The position numbers and the translations under genes were made by a program. From Pyrinomonadaceae bacterium (GTDB taxonomy: Bacteria; Acidobacteriota; Blastocatellia; Pyrinomonadales; Pyrinomonadaceae), in the NCBI GenBank assembly GCA_035273405.1, contig DATEPC010000108.1, positions 12,126 through 76,125 on the forward strand: a stretch of 64,000 bases of DNA. The letters are read 5' to 3'. Below, piece after piece: positions 1 through 9,143 of the stretch. Within the stretch, counting starts at the first letter, position 1, and each line of letters begins with the position of its first letter. The notes under the pieces are model-generated. The model searched no databases. It saw only the letters and a list, made by a program, of their open reading frames with translations, and had not been told where the DNA came from.

Positions 1-144
1 GAAGCTGATTAATAGACAACCTTGGGGGACGAGTCTGGGGTTTAGGTTGTCCTGTTGAATTCTGGGGGGCCGAGCAGATTATACGCTCCGCAACCGGCGG
101 CTGCCATAATCAAATTGCCCGGTGGCTTGGACGCAGGTCGCTAA

Positions 145-975
145 TCACGCCGTCGCGTAACTTATCTCAGCGATGACCCAGCGGTCGCCTTCACGGCGCC
201 AACGAACATAGGTGTGGCTGGTAAAGTGCTCGCCGCGAGGCACAAACTTATTTCCCCTAAAGCTGGTCCACATTTTGTTGTCGGGAAAGTTATCCACAAA
301 TGCATCAAAGTCCCCGTTATCGGCGCGCTCGATCAATAGCCAATAAAGTTCGCCTTTGTTCTTCAGGTCCCTTGTTAATCTCGCGTAGCTAATCGGGTTG
401 CGAAAATATTTCTTTGATCCTACGTTCATCGGATTCAAGTGAAAAAACGGTCGCGAGCGCGAAAACAGAGAAAGAAATAAAGACGTGTTACGAGTGCGCA
501 TTGCGCGAATAAGTTTTCGCATCGCCGCCGAAAGCGCGGCCGGCGGGACCGAAGCGCGGTTGCTGGGCGCATTTTCAATTGTAATCGTGAGCGAAAAACG
601 TGCGACCCCGAAACCGGCTGGCTTCGTCACGAAGACTACATATTTGCCGGTCTGTTCTAGCGTGCCGGACCAGTAGTAGTGATACGACTGGTCCTTACCG
701 TCAGGGTCTGTGACGAGGAATATTGCTGAGTCCAGCGGGGCGGATGTGACTTCTATCATCATCCATTGGCCGGCCCTGGCTTCCACCGCGTACTCGAATT
801 GTTGATCGCCGCGTATCGTACCCTTCAACGTTGCACTGTTTTTCCCGCGGGGGAATTGCACGCGGAGTGGCTCGGCTTTTCCACCTTGAGCAAGAACCGG
901 CGGGGCAAAGCCTAAACAAAGCACCAGAACAAAGAACGGCGTCACCACAAATTTGAGAATTAGATGGTTCCTCAT
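145..975 (-). CDS. hypothetical secreted protein
   Basis: ORF 145..1026. The likely start is ATG 975 (MRNHLILKF), which gives a hydrophobic signal peptide ending PPVLAQ. No domain recognised. Confidence 0.45.
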   Translation of the reverse strand: MRNHLILKFVVTPFFVLVLCLGFAPPVLAQGGKAEPLRVQFPRGKNSATLKGTIRGDQQFEYAVEARAGQWMMIEVTSAPLDSAIFLVTDPDGKDQSYHYYWSGTLEQTGKYVVFVTKPAGFGVARFSLTITIENAPSNRASVPPAALSAAMRKLIRAMRTRNTSLFLSLFSRSRPFFHLNPMNVGSKKYFRNPISYARLTRDLKNKGELYWLLIERADNGDFDAFVDNFPDNKMWTSFRGNKFVPRGEHFTSHTYVRWRREGDRWVIAEISYATA

Positions 976-1097
976 TAACGGCGCATCATACATCCAATTG
1001 GCGCACTCGTGCTTCATTGGTGCCATGAAACGATTTGCTATTTCGGGCTCTTGGTCGTTTGCCTTGGCTGCGGCTAAAGTAAAGTCCTGACTCGACC

Positions 1098-1688
1098 ATG
1101 GGCGTAGCCAAGTTAACTGACCAGAACACGATTGTTCCCGGGAGTAAGTATTCTCGGATTGAACGGGAGCGGCGATATCTATTGAACGACCTGCCGGAGG
1201 GCTTGAACCGGGCCGATCACCACCTGCAAATCACCGACAACTACATCACCGGCACGCGGCTGCGGATTCGAAAAGTACGCGACCCGAAGACGAATAAATG
1301 GATTGTGAAGTTCACGCAGAAGTTTGCTCCTGAACCAGCAGATCTTTCCCGTACCATTATCACAAACATTTACTTGAATGCCCTCGAAGCTGACACCCTG
1401 TCGGTATTCGCAGCTAACGAGATTCGGAAGAACCGGTACTACTTCGACTTTGCCGGCCGGCGCTTTTCGATCGATATGTTTCTCGGCGATTTGTTGGGTC
1501 TGACTCTGGCAGAAACCGGTTTCGAAACGGATGAAGAAATGCTGGGGTTTGAATTACCGCCGTTCGCTATCGCTGACGTTACGAACAACGAAATTTTTTC
1601 CGGCGGCAGATTGTGCGAGCTCAGGTTCGAAGATATTCGAAAGGAAGCGCAAAAAAGCGGATGGGTGAAGGCGCACTCCGCCAACTGA
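1098..1688 (+). CDS. CYTH (triphosphate tunnel metalloenzyme) domain protein
   Basis: N-terminal IERERRYLL resembles the CYTH ExExK signature. The downstream pattern (RLRIRKV, KNRYYFDF, LGLTLAETGFE, DVTNNEIFSGGRL) follows CYTH family layout. Confidence 0.6.
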   Translation: MGVAKLTDQNTIVPGSKYSRIERERRYLLNDLPEGLNRADHHLQITDNYITGTRLRIRKVRDPKTNKWIVKFTQKFAPEPADLSRTIITNIYLNALEADTLSVFAANEIRKNRYYFDFAGRRFSIDMFLGDLLGLTLAETGFETDEEMLGFELPPFAIADVTNNEIFSGGRLCELRFEDIRKEAQKSGWVKAHSAN

Positions 1689-1692
1689 CTGC

Positions 1693-2826
1693 ATGCGAAT
1701 CAAAATCCAACTAATTCTTTTCATCGCGTCAGCGATCATAGTTTTCGGCGCGTGCCGCAACTCAAAGCCGAACCAAAACGCCAACATTAATGCAGCGACT
1801 TCAGCGCAGGACACTTTGGGCGGAGGCGTGGCGCCGGCAGGTGAGAAGATTAATTTCCGCGGCTCGATCGCGAACTTGTCGATCGAAATGAATCTCGTCC
1901 GCGAAGGCGAGAGTCTGACCGGGACCTACTTTTATCCGCGGGTTGGTAAGACCATTGATTTGAAAGGTGAAATCGACCGCGACGGCAACGTCTCTCTTCG
2001 CGAGTCCGATCAAACGGGGAAAGAAACCGGTGTCTTCAAAGGCAAATGGAAATTGAACGCAACCGGTTTAGCGGATATTGAAGGCAAATGGTCGCGTCCT
2101 GACGGCTCGAAAGAGACTGGCTTTTTCATATCGCAACAACCAATTGAATTCACCGCCGCAGTCCGAATCGTGCCGAAGGTGATTCGCGAAAACAACAAGG
2201 AGGCAAAGTACTCAGTGGACGCTGAGTATCCCCAGATAGAAGGCGACCCGCGGTTCGACAAGTTCAACGCGGCGGCGCGCGCGATGATCACCAAGGACGT
2301 TGCCGCTTTCAAAACTGCCGAGACGGCTGCGCTTGAGGAGGAGACAGGCCTTCCGGAAGAAACACAGACTTCTTCACTGGACATTGGATACCAGTTTCGC
2401 CTGGCAACCGATGATTTGATCAGTGTCGAGTTTACTGAAGGGCAATACTCGCGCGGCGCTGCGCATGGCAACAGCATCACGGTCGTGCTGAACTACGATG
2501 TGAAAAACGGCAAGCGCATTGAGCTGGCGGATCTATTCAATTCGAAATCGAATTATCTCAACGTGATATCCGCGTATGCGATCAAGGATTTGAAAGACCA
2601 GAGCAAGCAGAACGACATGCTGATGGAGGACCAGATACAAGATGGGGCCGCGGGGCGCGCGGGCAATTACAGAGCGTGGACGATTACCCGTAAGGGTCTC
2701 TGGATCACTTTCGATCCGTATCAGGTTGCGGCATACGCGGCCGGGCCGCAGCACGTTTTAGTTCCGTATTCGACGTTGAAGCCGGTCGTGAAACCCGATG
2801 GGCCGATTGGAAATCTGGCGGGGTAA
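1693..2826 (+). CDS. DUF3298/DUF4163-type (RsiV/PdaC-like) lipoprotein
   Basis: Lipobox-like signal (IIVFGAC). YSVDAEYPQIEG, FNAAARAMITKDV and QYSRGAAHGNS...NYDVKNGKRIELADLF are typical of DUF4163+DUF3298. Starts 4 nt after the CYTH gene. Confidence 0.6.
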   Translation: MRIKIQLILFIASAIIVFGACRNSKPNQNANINAATSAQDTLGGGVAPAGEKINFRGSIANLSIEMNLVREGESLTGTYFYPRVGKTIDLKGEIDRDGNVSLRESDQTGKETGVFKGKWKLNATGLADIEGKWSRPDGSKETGFFISQQPIEFTAAVRIVPKVIRENNKEAKYSVDAEYPQIEGDPRFDKFNAAARAMITKDVAAFKTAETAALEEETGLPEETQTSSLDIGYQFRLATDDLISVEFTEGQYSRGAAHGNSITVVLNYDVKNGKRIELADLFNSKSNYLNVISAYAIKDLKDQSKQNDMLMEDQIQDGAAGRAGNYRAWTITRKGLWITFDPYQVAAYAAGPQHVLVPYSTLKPVVKPDGPIGNLAG

Positions 2827-2827
2827 G

Positions 2828-2901
2828 GAGTACGCCCGCCTCCGGCGTGAACTGTGTACGCAGACCTCCGGCCTGCTGCACGCTAGAGGCGTGCGTAACT
2901 C
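2828..2901. repeat. REP-H cluster (three copies of the GCACGCCGGAGGCGTGCGTAC-type hairpin)
   Basis: Copies are gagtacgcccgcctccggcgtga, gtgtacgcagacctccggcctgc (both reverse orientation) and gcacgctagaggcgtgcgtaac (forward). Same family as the copies flanking the decayed RAYT at 61.9-62.7 kb. Confidence 0.6.
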
Positions 2902-2916
2902 ACTTTCCGCATGCCC

Positions 2917-3017
2917 GTTTAGAAGCCGCACTTGTGCGGCTGGTTTTGCGGCGGACAAGTCCGCCGTCTAAACGATGACAGCTTTAATAAAGGGCGGGCG
3001 ATAGCCCGCCTCTAAAC
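2917..3017. repeat. REP-F array (GTTTAGA-hairpin-TCTAAAC type)
   Basis: gtttagaagccgcacttgtgcggc, gcggcggacaagtccgccgtctaaac, gggcgggcgatagcccgcctctaaac. Related copies lie at 21026-21077 and 31662-31718. Confidence 0.6.
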
Positions 3018-3035
3018 TCTCATGATCAAGCAAAA

Positions 3036-3254
3036 GTGAATCGAAACATTGGATTATTGGTTTTGATTGCCGGTGCAGGCCTCGTCGTCATCGGCCTGCT
3101 GATTTATTCAGGTGCGCTATCGTGGTTTGGCCGGCTGCCGGGCGACATCCGTTACGAAGGTGAGAATACTCGCGTCTACATTCCGATCGTTTCAATGCTG
3201 CTCGCCTCGATTCTCTTGAGTGCCCTCTTCTATTTCGTGCGGCGGTTCTTCTGA
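3036..3254 (+). CDS. DUF2905 small membrane protein
   Basis: 72 aa with two TM segments and the GRLPGDIRYEGENTRVYIPIVS motif typical of DUF2905. GTG start. Confidence 0.55.
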   Translation: MNRNIGLLVLIAGAGLVVIGLLIYSGALSWFGRLPGDIRYEGENTRVYIPIVSMLLASILLSALFYFVRRFF

Positions 3255-4150
3255 GCAGTCATAATCCGATAAGCTTCAGCGCGTTTGATTCCCAGCTCGC
3301 GCGCAGCGCTTTTCAAAGCGTCCTTCGAATTCAAACCTTCGCGTTCGAGTTCCTCCACCCGTTCGACCAGTCGTTCGGTGTTTGTCTGTTCCGCGTTCGC
3401 CGGCCGACTCTCGACGGCTTCGCCGGATATAATCAGTACCATCTCGCCGCGCGCCGCACCCACTTTCGAAAACTGTTCAACCAATTCATTTAGAGTTCCG
3501 CGGACGAATTCCTCGTGCAGCTTCGTTAGTTCGCGCGCGACTACGGCGCGGCGGTTACCGAGCACTTCTGCCGCATCTTTCAGCGCCGCCACGATTCGAT
3601 GCGGTGCTTCGTAAAAACCCAGCGTCGCTCGCACCGAGCGCAATTCTTCCAACTTCGCGCGCCGCGGGTGCGCACGGGCCGGCAGGAAACCGCCGAAGAA
3701 AAACTCATCGCTTGGCAGGCCGGAAGCCGCCAACGCCGCGACGAGTGCCACCGGCCCGGGAACCGGTATTACGCGAATACCGCGTTCGATTGCCGCGGTC
3801 ACAATTCGATACCCCGGATCGTTAATCAAAGGCGTGCCGGCGTCGGAAACCAATGCGACGTTCTGGCCCGACTCGAGCAGCTCACAAAGTTCTTCGGCGC
3901 GTTCACGCTCGTTGTGCTCGTGATAGCTGACCATTTTCCTGTCGATGCTGAAATGGTTCAGAAGCTTTCGCGTGTGGCGTGTGTCTTCGCAAGCGATTAG
4001 ATCAACTTCACGGAGCATGCGGAGGGCGCGTTGGGTGATGTCTTCGAGATTGCCGATGGGCGTCGCGACGATGAACAGTTCTCCGGGCACGCGGGCTATT
4101 CTGTCATCGCGCGCTGAAAAGGCGAAAGCCCTGCTCGCCGAATCGAGCAA
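3230..4150 (-). CDS. rsmI: 16S rRNA (cytidine1402-2'-O)-methyltransferase RsmI
   Basis: LFIVATPIGNLEDITQRALRMLREVDLIACEDTRHTRKLL and VALVSDAGTPLINDPG are hallmark RsmI tetrapyrrole-methylase-fold motifs. Confidence 0.9.
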   Translation of the reverse strand: MLDSASRAFAFSARDDRIARVPGELFIVATPIGNLEDITQRALRMLREVDLIACEDTRHTRKLLNHFSIDRKMVSYHEHNERERAEELCELLESGQNVALVSDAGTPLINDPGYRIVTAAIERGIRVIPVPGPVALVAALAASGLPSDEFFFGGFLPARAHPRRAKLEELRSVRATLGFYEAPHRIVAALKDAAEVLGNRRAVVARELTKLHEEFVRGTLNELVEQFSKVGAARGEMVLIISGEAVESRPANAEQTNTERLVERVEELEREGLNSKDALKSAARELGIKRAEAYRIMTAQKNRRTK

Positions 4151-4187
4151 GGCTCTCGAAAGAGTGACGAATTGCTCCGCCGGTTAG

Positions 4188-4736
4188 TTATGGTCTGATG
4201 ATCCGTTCCCACCACGGAATGTCGTTGCGGTTGTCCTGTCGACCACGACGCCAATCGTCGTTGGAGCTGTTATACCCGAGGCGGTAGGCATTCGAGATTA
4301 CGTTCAACTCGCGGCGGATTTCAGACCACCGATGACTCGCCTGCGTGTTCATCCGGCTCATGACGCGATCCAGCCGGCTGGCTTCATTCAGCACCCGCTG
4401 AGCTTCGTCGCGGCTGCGATTGATGTCGCGACCGTTTCCAAAGCTTGATTTCAGATTGCTGACCGCGTTTCGGAACTCTCGCGCCTCGCCATTCAGCCTG
4501 TCCTCGCGACGCGTGCCATCGGCCCGGCTGCGATCCAAAGTGCGATCGAGGTCTCTCTCGAAATCTTTTGCGAGTCGATCCAGGCGATGAATGCTATCGC
4601 GCAGATACCGACTGTCGTAATTCCCGTTATTACGGTCACGCCGATAATCCGGCCAGCCTTGCGCCGAAGCCACAGTTGGAATAAACAGCGCCAATAAACC
4701 GGCCACCAAACTTAATCTGATCAGTTGCGTTTTCAT
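4188..4736 (-). CDS. hypothetical secreted Arg/Asp-rich protein
   Basis: Start ATG 4736 (MKTQLIRLS) is preceded by AAGGAG. Signal peptide ends VASAQ. The mature part is strongly R/D/N-rich and looks helical. Confidence 0.5.
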   Translation of the reverse strand: MKTQLIRLSLVAGLLALFIPTVASAQGWPDYRRDRNNGNYDSRYLRDSIHRLDRLAKDFERDLDRTLDRSRADGTRREDRLNGEAREFRNAVSNLKSSFGNGRDINRSRDEAQRVLNEASRLDRVMSRMNTQASHRWSEIRRELNVISNAYRLGYNSSNDDWRRGRQDNRNDIPWWERIIRP

Positions 4737-4941
4737 TTCAATTCTCCTTACCAAATGTTCATGTGACGCTCCGCGCCCGAACTAGGGGTGAGGTTGGCAA
4801 TGACCGTGCCGTACGCGTTGGTCCAGCGCGAAAGCTCCGCAGACCCGAGAAAGCAGCGTCCAAGGCGCGCAATGCGCCGCATACCGTGCAAACCAAGTCG
4901 GAAATCGTTAGGAGATGTTGGGTTTGAGGGATAAGCGGAAG

Positions 4942-5466
4942 TTAATCGTCGCGAAGGAAAGTAACGAAGTGCGAACGCAGTGTCTCTTCAGCGAACACTG
5001 TGCGATCCGTGTCATCGTCGGCGACCAACCAATGCGGCTTATCTTTCGATAACGGTGTAAGGAGTAACTCAGAATTCGCGCCGCGCCGTCCGAAGTGTTT
5101 GATGTTCGCGCAGGCCAGGCCGCCACCGCGAACAATGCCGTCGCGCGGAGTGCGCGGCCAGCCACACTCGATGGTCAGTTCGCGAACACCTCGGCGGAGC
5201 GTCACTTGCCGGCCGACCATCGTGGCGCTGCGACGCGAAAACCTGTGCGGCTCTTTCTGCTCGATCTGGATTCCGGCGCCGGCGCGATTTGCTTGTCCGG
5301 CGAGTGAAACGACTTCATTCAGCAGCCAATCGATCGCCGTACGCCGCAGCAGGTCATTGCGCCGGCGCACCGTCAGAAATTCGGCGATATCTGCTTGCCC
5401 GGCCGCGTGTGCGCGCGATTGGGCTTCAGCCAAAGCAAGTTCCCAGGCGTCTTCGAGTTCGCTCAT
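4942..5466 (-). CDS. hypothetical protein
   Basis: ORF 4942..5568. The upstream 34 codons are encoded by a REP-A copy (PLPQVVLT), so the start is taken at MSELEDAW (ATG 5466). No domain recognised. Confidence 0.4.
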   Translation of the reverse strand: MSELEDAWELALAEAQSRAHAAGQADIAEFLTVRRRNDLLRRTAIDWLLNEVVSLAGQANRAGAGIQIEQKEPHRFSRRSATMVGRQVTLRRGVRELTIECGWPRTPRDGIVRGGGLACANIKHFGRRGANSELLLTPLSKDKPHWLVADDDTDRTVFAEETLRSHFVTFLRDD

Positions 5467-5479
5467 CTGAAGGAGATTT

Positions 5480-5613
5480 GTCAGAACCACCTGCGGTAGC
5501 GGATGGTTGAACCTTGTGATCCGAGTCGCGTTAGCAGCAACATCAACCGCCCGCATCCTGCACCCCACGCGGGATGCGCGCGCGGGGACCCCGCTACCGC
5601 AGGCGGTTCTGAC
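5480..5613. repeat. REP-A inverted doublet
   Basis: gtcagaaccacctgcggtagcggatggttgaac (5480-5512) and ccccgctaccgcaggcggttctgac (5589-5613), in a divergent intergenic region. Confidence 0.7.
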
Positions 5614-5656
5614 TTACCTTTGGCCTTTTTCCTTTTGCCTTCGGCGAGATGTTATC

Positions 5657-8557
5657 ATGCCCCACCGTTTCAATCTTTCCCGACTTGTTGCCGTCCTAAT
5701 GACTAATCTTTCAAACAGAGTTTCCAAAAGGAATCCCCGGGCATTGATTCTATCCGCCGTGCTGGCGCTGGTTTGCGTGGCGCAGGTTTTTGTCAGTGCG
5801 TCCGCCCAGGACAAACTGCCGGCGCCATCCGGAAACGTCAACGACTTCGCCGAAGTCGTCGATCCGGCCACGAAGCAACGTCTCGACAGGGTGCTGCAAA
5901 ACCTGAAAACGCGAACTGACGTGGACCTCGTGATTGCCGTGGTTAAGACAGCCGGGCCGGCAGATATGTACGACTACTCACTGCGAGTTGCGAGCGAATG
6001 GCAGTTGGGTACGCGCACCTCGCCGCGCAAGACGCTGCTGATGGTAATCGCGGCTGATACCGGCCTGTTCTTCACGCAATTCAGCCGCGCGGCGCAGATG
6101 ACTCTTCCGGACGGCTTGGTTGGCGAGATGGGACGCCGCATGCGTCCTAAGTTCGAAGCACGCGACTTCAGCGGCGGGCTAGTCACCGGCGTGCAGGCCT
6201 TTGTTAACGGCCTCGGCGAGCAGCACAACTTCACTTTTGCGCAGTTGGATATTCCGGCCGGAGATGTGGTCGTCGCGCAGACCCGGCCGCGAACTGTCGA
6301 GAGTTCTTCGCCATCAGACACACCAGCGCCGCAGCCGAGCGAATCGCCGTCGCCGGAAATCGTCCCGAGTCCGACGCCGACCGCGGCACCAACTGAGACG
6401 CCCTCTGGCACTCCGGTGCCTGAGGCGACGCCGACGCCTGAAGCCACCGCGACGCCTGCGGAAAGTCCCACGCCATCTCCAACGATGACCGAGACACCTC
6501 TGGCTGAACCCAGTGCGATGCCGGCCGCGTCGCCAGTTGAATCGCCGGCCGAAACACCGGCGGCTTTGCCTAAACCATCCGAAGCGCCGTCACCGAGCGT
6601 GGTCGCAAAGACCTCACCCACACGACCTGCGCGACCGACGCGTTCGCCCGTCGCTCCGGCGAACCCGGAAGACGAATTAGAAGAAGTAGAACTGACGCTG
6701 ACAAAGCCTGCCGGTGAACGAATCGAGCTTTTGAAAACGTTTATAGCGACGCACCCTAAATCCGTTGCTGTCCGTCGCGCCCAGGAATTAATCGTCTCTG
6801 CGCGAGCATCGTTCGGTGATCAAAAGCTTCAGGCCGGCGACATTCCGGGAGGGCTTGCACAGTTTCAGCTGGCGATGTCGGAGGCTCCGAGCGACATGAA
6901 CGATCGCCTGTTTACGGAAGTCATCGCGCGCATTCCGATGAACCTGTTTTTGCGCGGCCTGCGTGAAGCCGCCGTCGAAGCCGCGCGCCGGGTCGAAGCC
7001 CTGGCGAAACTTAACCCGGTACGATTGCTGGCGGTCACCCAGTTCTATCTGGGCATTGAAGACGTGCAGGAGGCCAATCGCCTGGCGGAGCTAACGGTGC
7101 AGAACGCTCCCGAAGTTGCGTCGGCGCATCAGGCGCTGGGCGCGGCGCGTCACATCGCTTTGCGGCTTGAAGATGCGGAAGCTGAATACGCGAAAGCGCT
7201 GGCGCTGAATCCGAAGCTGACATCGGCAAAACTGTCGCTCGCGGATTTGAAACGCGCGTCGGCAAAAAGCGAAGAAGCGCTGGTGCTTTATCGCGAAGTG
7301 CTCGCGGCAGATCCAAAAAACAATGCCGCGCGGGCGGGTGTTGTTCTGTCATTGTTGGAGTCCGGCAAACAGGAAGAAGCGATGCTGGAATTAAACGCAA
7401 CGCTCCAGGATCGGGAAAAAGCGAACAACCTGCCGCTGGTAGTGGGCGCTGCCTACTGGTTCGTCGCGCGTGGCGACTCGGCCCGGGCGCTCGATTTCGC
7501 CCACCGCGCTGTAGCGCTTGAGCCGCGATATTCCTGGGCGCAGATTGCGTACGCGCGCGCGCTGTTGGCTGACAAACGGCCGCTGGACGCCGAACGCGTG
7601 CTGCGGTTTGCGCAGAACTACAGCCGCTTTCCCACGCTCGATTACGAGCTCGCAACCGTGCTCGCCTCGGTTGGGTTGTATGACGAAGCCGTCGCCCAAT
7701 TGGCTAAGTCGTTTTCGCTGAAAGATGGTCAGATCGAAACGAAGCTTGCCGGTCGATTGCCGGTAAAGGCCGCAAGCTTCTCTGAGTTGTTAGCGCCCGA
7801 GCGGCGCGCGGCAATCTTCCAGAACAAGACAGCAGATTCTGATGCGAATGGGAAGATGCTGAAGGCGCTGCTGGCGTTTTCGAACGCGCTCAACGCGGAA
7901 CGTCGCTCGCCGGCGGAAGATGAGCTGGCCACACTCGCGCAGGAATTCATCGCCGGTGAGGATCCGATGCGCACCTACCGTCAGGTTTATGTGGCGTCCA
8001 AGTTCTTGAAGAAGGGGGTGGCGCTTTCGACCGTTTTGGATTTGATGGAGAGCGCGACCACAGGCGTTGAAGCAGCGCTCAATGTGCCGGCGGCGACGGT
8101 CGCCGTGCAGGCTGAAGAACTTGCTGATACGCGGGCCGGCTCACTGTCGCGAGGTACTACGCCCGCGGTGCCGGACGCTCCACGCACTGCGTTGTCGGGA
8201 TTGCTTCGCGGAAAAATCGAAGACATTGCCGGGCTGGCGCTTTTTAATCTCGACAAACCCGATGAGGCAGTTCTGCGTCTCAGGCGCGCCGTTAGCACAT
8301 CGCCGGAAGGAACGCCGTTATGGCGCTCGTCGATGTGGCACCTGGGCGCGGCACTCGAAGCCAGCGGAAAAGGCGATCAAGCACTGCTTTATTACATCAA
8401 GAGCTATGTTGCCGGCGGACCGGATATCGTGCGCCGATCGGTAATCGAGAATCTCTACAAGAAGGTGAATGGCACGCTCGATGGACTGGACGACAAGATC
8501 GGCGGGCGGTTTTCTTCAGCCGCCCCCACGCCAACGCCTACCCCAACACGGCCGTGA
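5657..8557 (+). CDS. TPM-domain protein with Pro/Thr/Ser-rich linker and C-terminal TPR repeats
   Basis: Start taken at ATG 5657 because the 5507 start is REP-encoded. Signal/TM present. GNVNDFAEVVDPATKQRLDRVLQNLKTRTDVDLVIAVV indicates a TPM (YgcG-like) domain. A low-complexity P/T/S/E/A linker of about 130 aa follows. The C-terminal half carries multiple TPR-like A/L-rich repeats. Confidence 0.7.
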   Translation: MPHRFNLSRLVAVLMTNLSNRVSKRNPRALILSAVLALVCVAQVFVSASAQDKLPAPSGNVNDFAEVVDPATKQRLDRVLQNLKTRTDVDLVIAVVKTAGPADMYDYSLRVASEWQLGTRTSPRKTLLMVIAADTGLFFTQFSRAAQMTLPDGLVGEMGRRMRPKFEARDFSGGLVTGVQAFVNGLGEQHNFTFAQLDIPAGDVVVAQTRPRTVESSSPSDTPAPQPSESPSPEIVPSPTPTAAPTETPSGTPVPEATPTPEATATPAESPTPSPTMTETPLAEPSAMPAASPVESPAETPAALPKPSEAPSPSVVAKTSPTRPARPTRSPVAPANPEDELEEVELTLTKPAGERIELLKTFIATHPKSVAVRRAQELIVSARASFGDQKLQAGDIPGGLAQFQLAMSEAPSDMNDRLFTEVIARIPMNLFLRGLREAAVEAARRVEALAKLNPVRLLAVTQFYLGIEDVQEANRLAELTVQNAPEVASAHQALGAARHIALRLEDAEAEYAKALALNPKLTSAKLSLADLKRASAKSEEALVLYREVLAADPKNNAARAGVVLSLLESGKQEEAMLELNATLQDREKANNLPLVVGAAYWFVARGDSARALDFAHRAVALEPRYSWAQIAYARALLADKRPLDAERVLRFAQNYSRFPTLDYELATVLASVGLYDEAVAQLAKSFSLKDGQIETKLAGRLPVKAASFSELLAPERRAAIFQNKTADSDANGKMLKALLAFSNALNAERRSPAEDELATLAQEFIAGEDPMRTYRQVYVASKFLKKGVALSTVLDLMESATTGVEAALNVPAATVAVQAEELADTRAGSLSRGTTPAVPDAPRTALSGLLRGKIEDIAGLALFNLDKPDEAVLRLRRAVSTSPEGTPLWRSSMWHLGAALEASGKGDQALLYYIKSYVAGGPDIVRRSVIENLYKKVNGTLDGLDDKIGGRFSSAAPTPTPTPTRP

Positions 8558-8757
8558 TTGAGGCCAAACAAAAACCGTTACAAATAGCCTAAAAGCCCAG
8601 TGTTTGGTTCAGTTAAGTTTGCCCGTACATGAAGTCTTGACACCTTTGCTCGTCGGCGTATAGTGCGGCCATTAAACGGCTCCCTGCCGCCACATCCCCC
8701 GATGTCCCCGTAGTCAGCCTGCATCAAAGCTAACGTTTCAGCCTGGGAGGCTTTGTT

Positions 8758-8943
8758 ATGGGTGCTAAATCGAAGAAACTTCCAGTCATTCTATTCTTGT
8801 CGTTAGCAGGAGCGTTGATTGTCCTAAGTGTGATCTCGCAAAGCCTGCGGGCGTCAGCGACTCGGAGAGTAACCACTAAGCATCGAGTTGCAGCGACTCC
8901 TCCCAAACACCGTCTGTTGACAAGCGTTATCTCTTTTTCCTGA
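8758..8943 (+). CDS. possible small membrane/secreted peptide
   Basis: 61-aa ORF with GGGAGG 8 nt upstream of the ATG and a hydrophobic N-terminus (LPVILFLSLAGALIVLSVI). No homology recognised. Confidence 0.25.
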   Translation: MGAKSKKLPVILFLSLAGALIVLSVISQSLRASATRRVTTKHRVAATPPKHRLLTSVISFS

Positions 8944-9143
8944 AAGCGATGCCAGATGGCACTGATTTCAGCATCATCACTGGCTATGAGCTGTCCCCGT
9001 CTGGAGTTAGAGCGCTCGACTGGGCTGGTCCCTTTGCGCAATTCAATGGATTAGATGAAACGCCGTTCTTGATCACGGTGCGAAATACCATCACGCAAAA
9101 GAAGCAGCAGTAGTTCCGGTTCCTAAACACGAGGAGCTCCCCT

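Noticed and set aside
3230-3254. 25-nt overlap of convergent DUF2905 and rsmI 3' ends as a regulatory antisense feature
   Set aside because: Short convergent overlaps are common, and the exact RsmI C-terminus is poorly conserved. There is no further evidence.
5507-5656. N-terminal extension of the TPM/TPR protein (MNLVIRVALAATSTARILHP...PLPQAVLT)
   Set aside because: It is encoded by the REP-A doublet. A proper signal/TM begins after ATG 5657. Analogous REP-derived extensions were trimmed at 25034, 39300, 41709, 47246, 48914, 49690 and 61940.
6290-6690. Pro/Thr/Ser/Glu/Ala-rich stretch as a DNA tandem repeat or separate gene
   Set aside because: No exact nucleotide periodicity is seen. It is a low-complexity linker in frame within the TPM-TPR ORF. 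The long antisense ORFs here (5974..6621, 6231..6557) are compositional artefacts.
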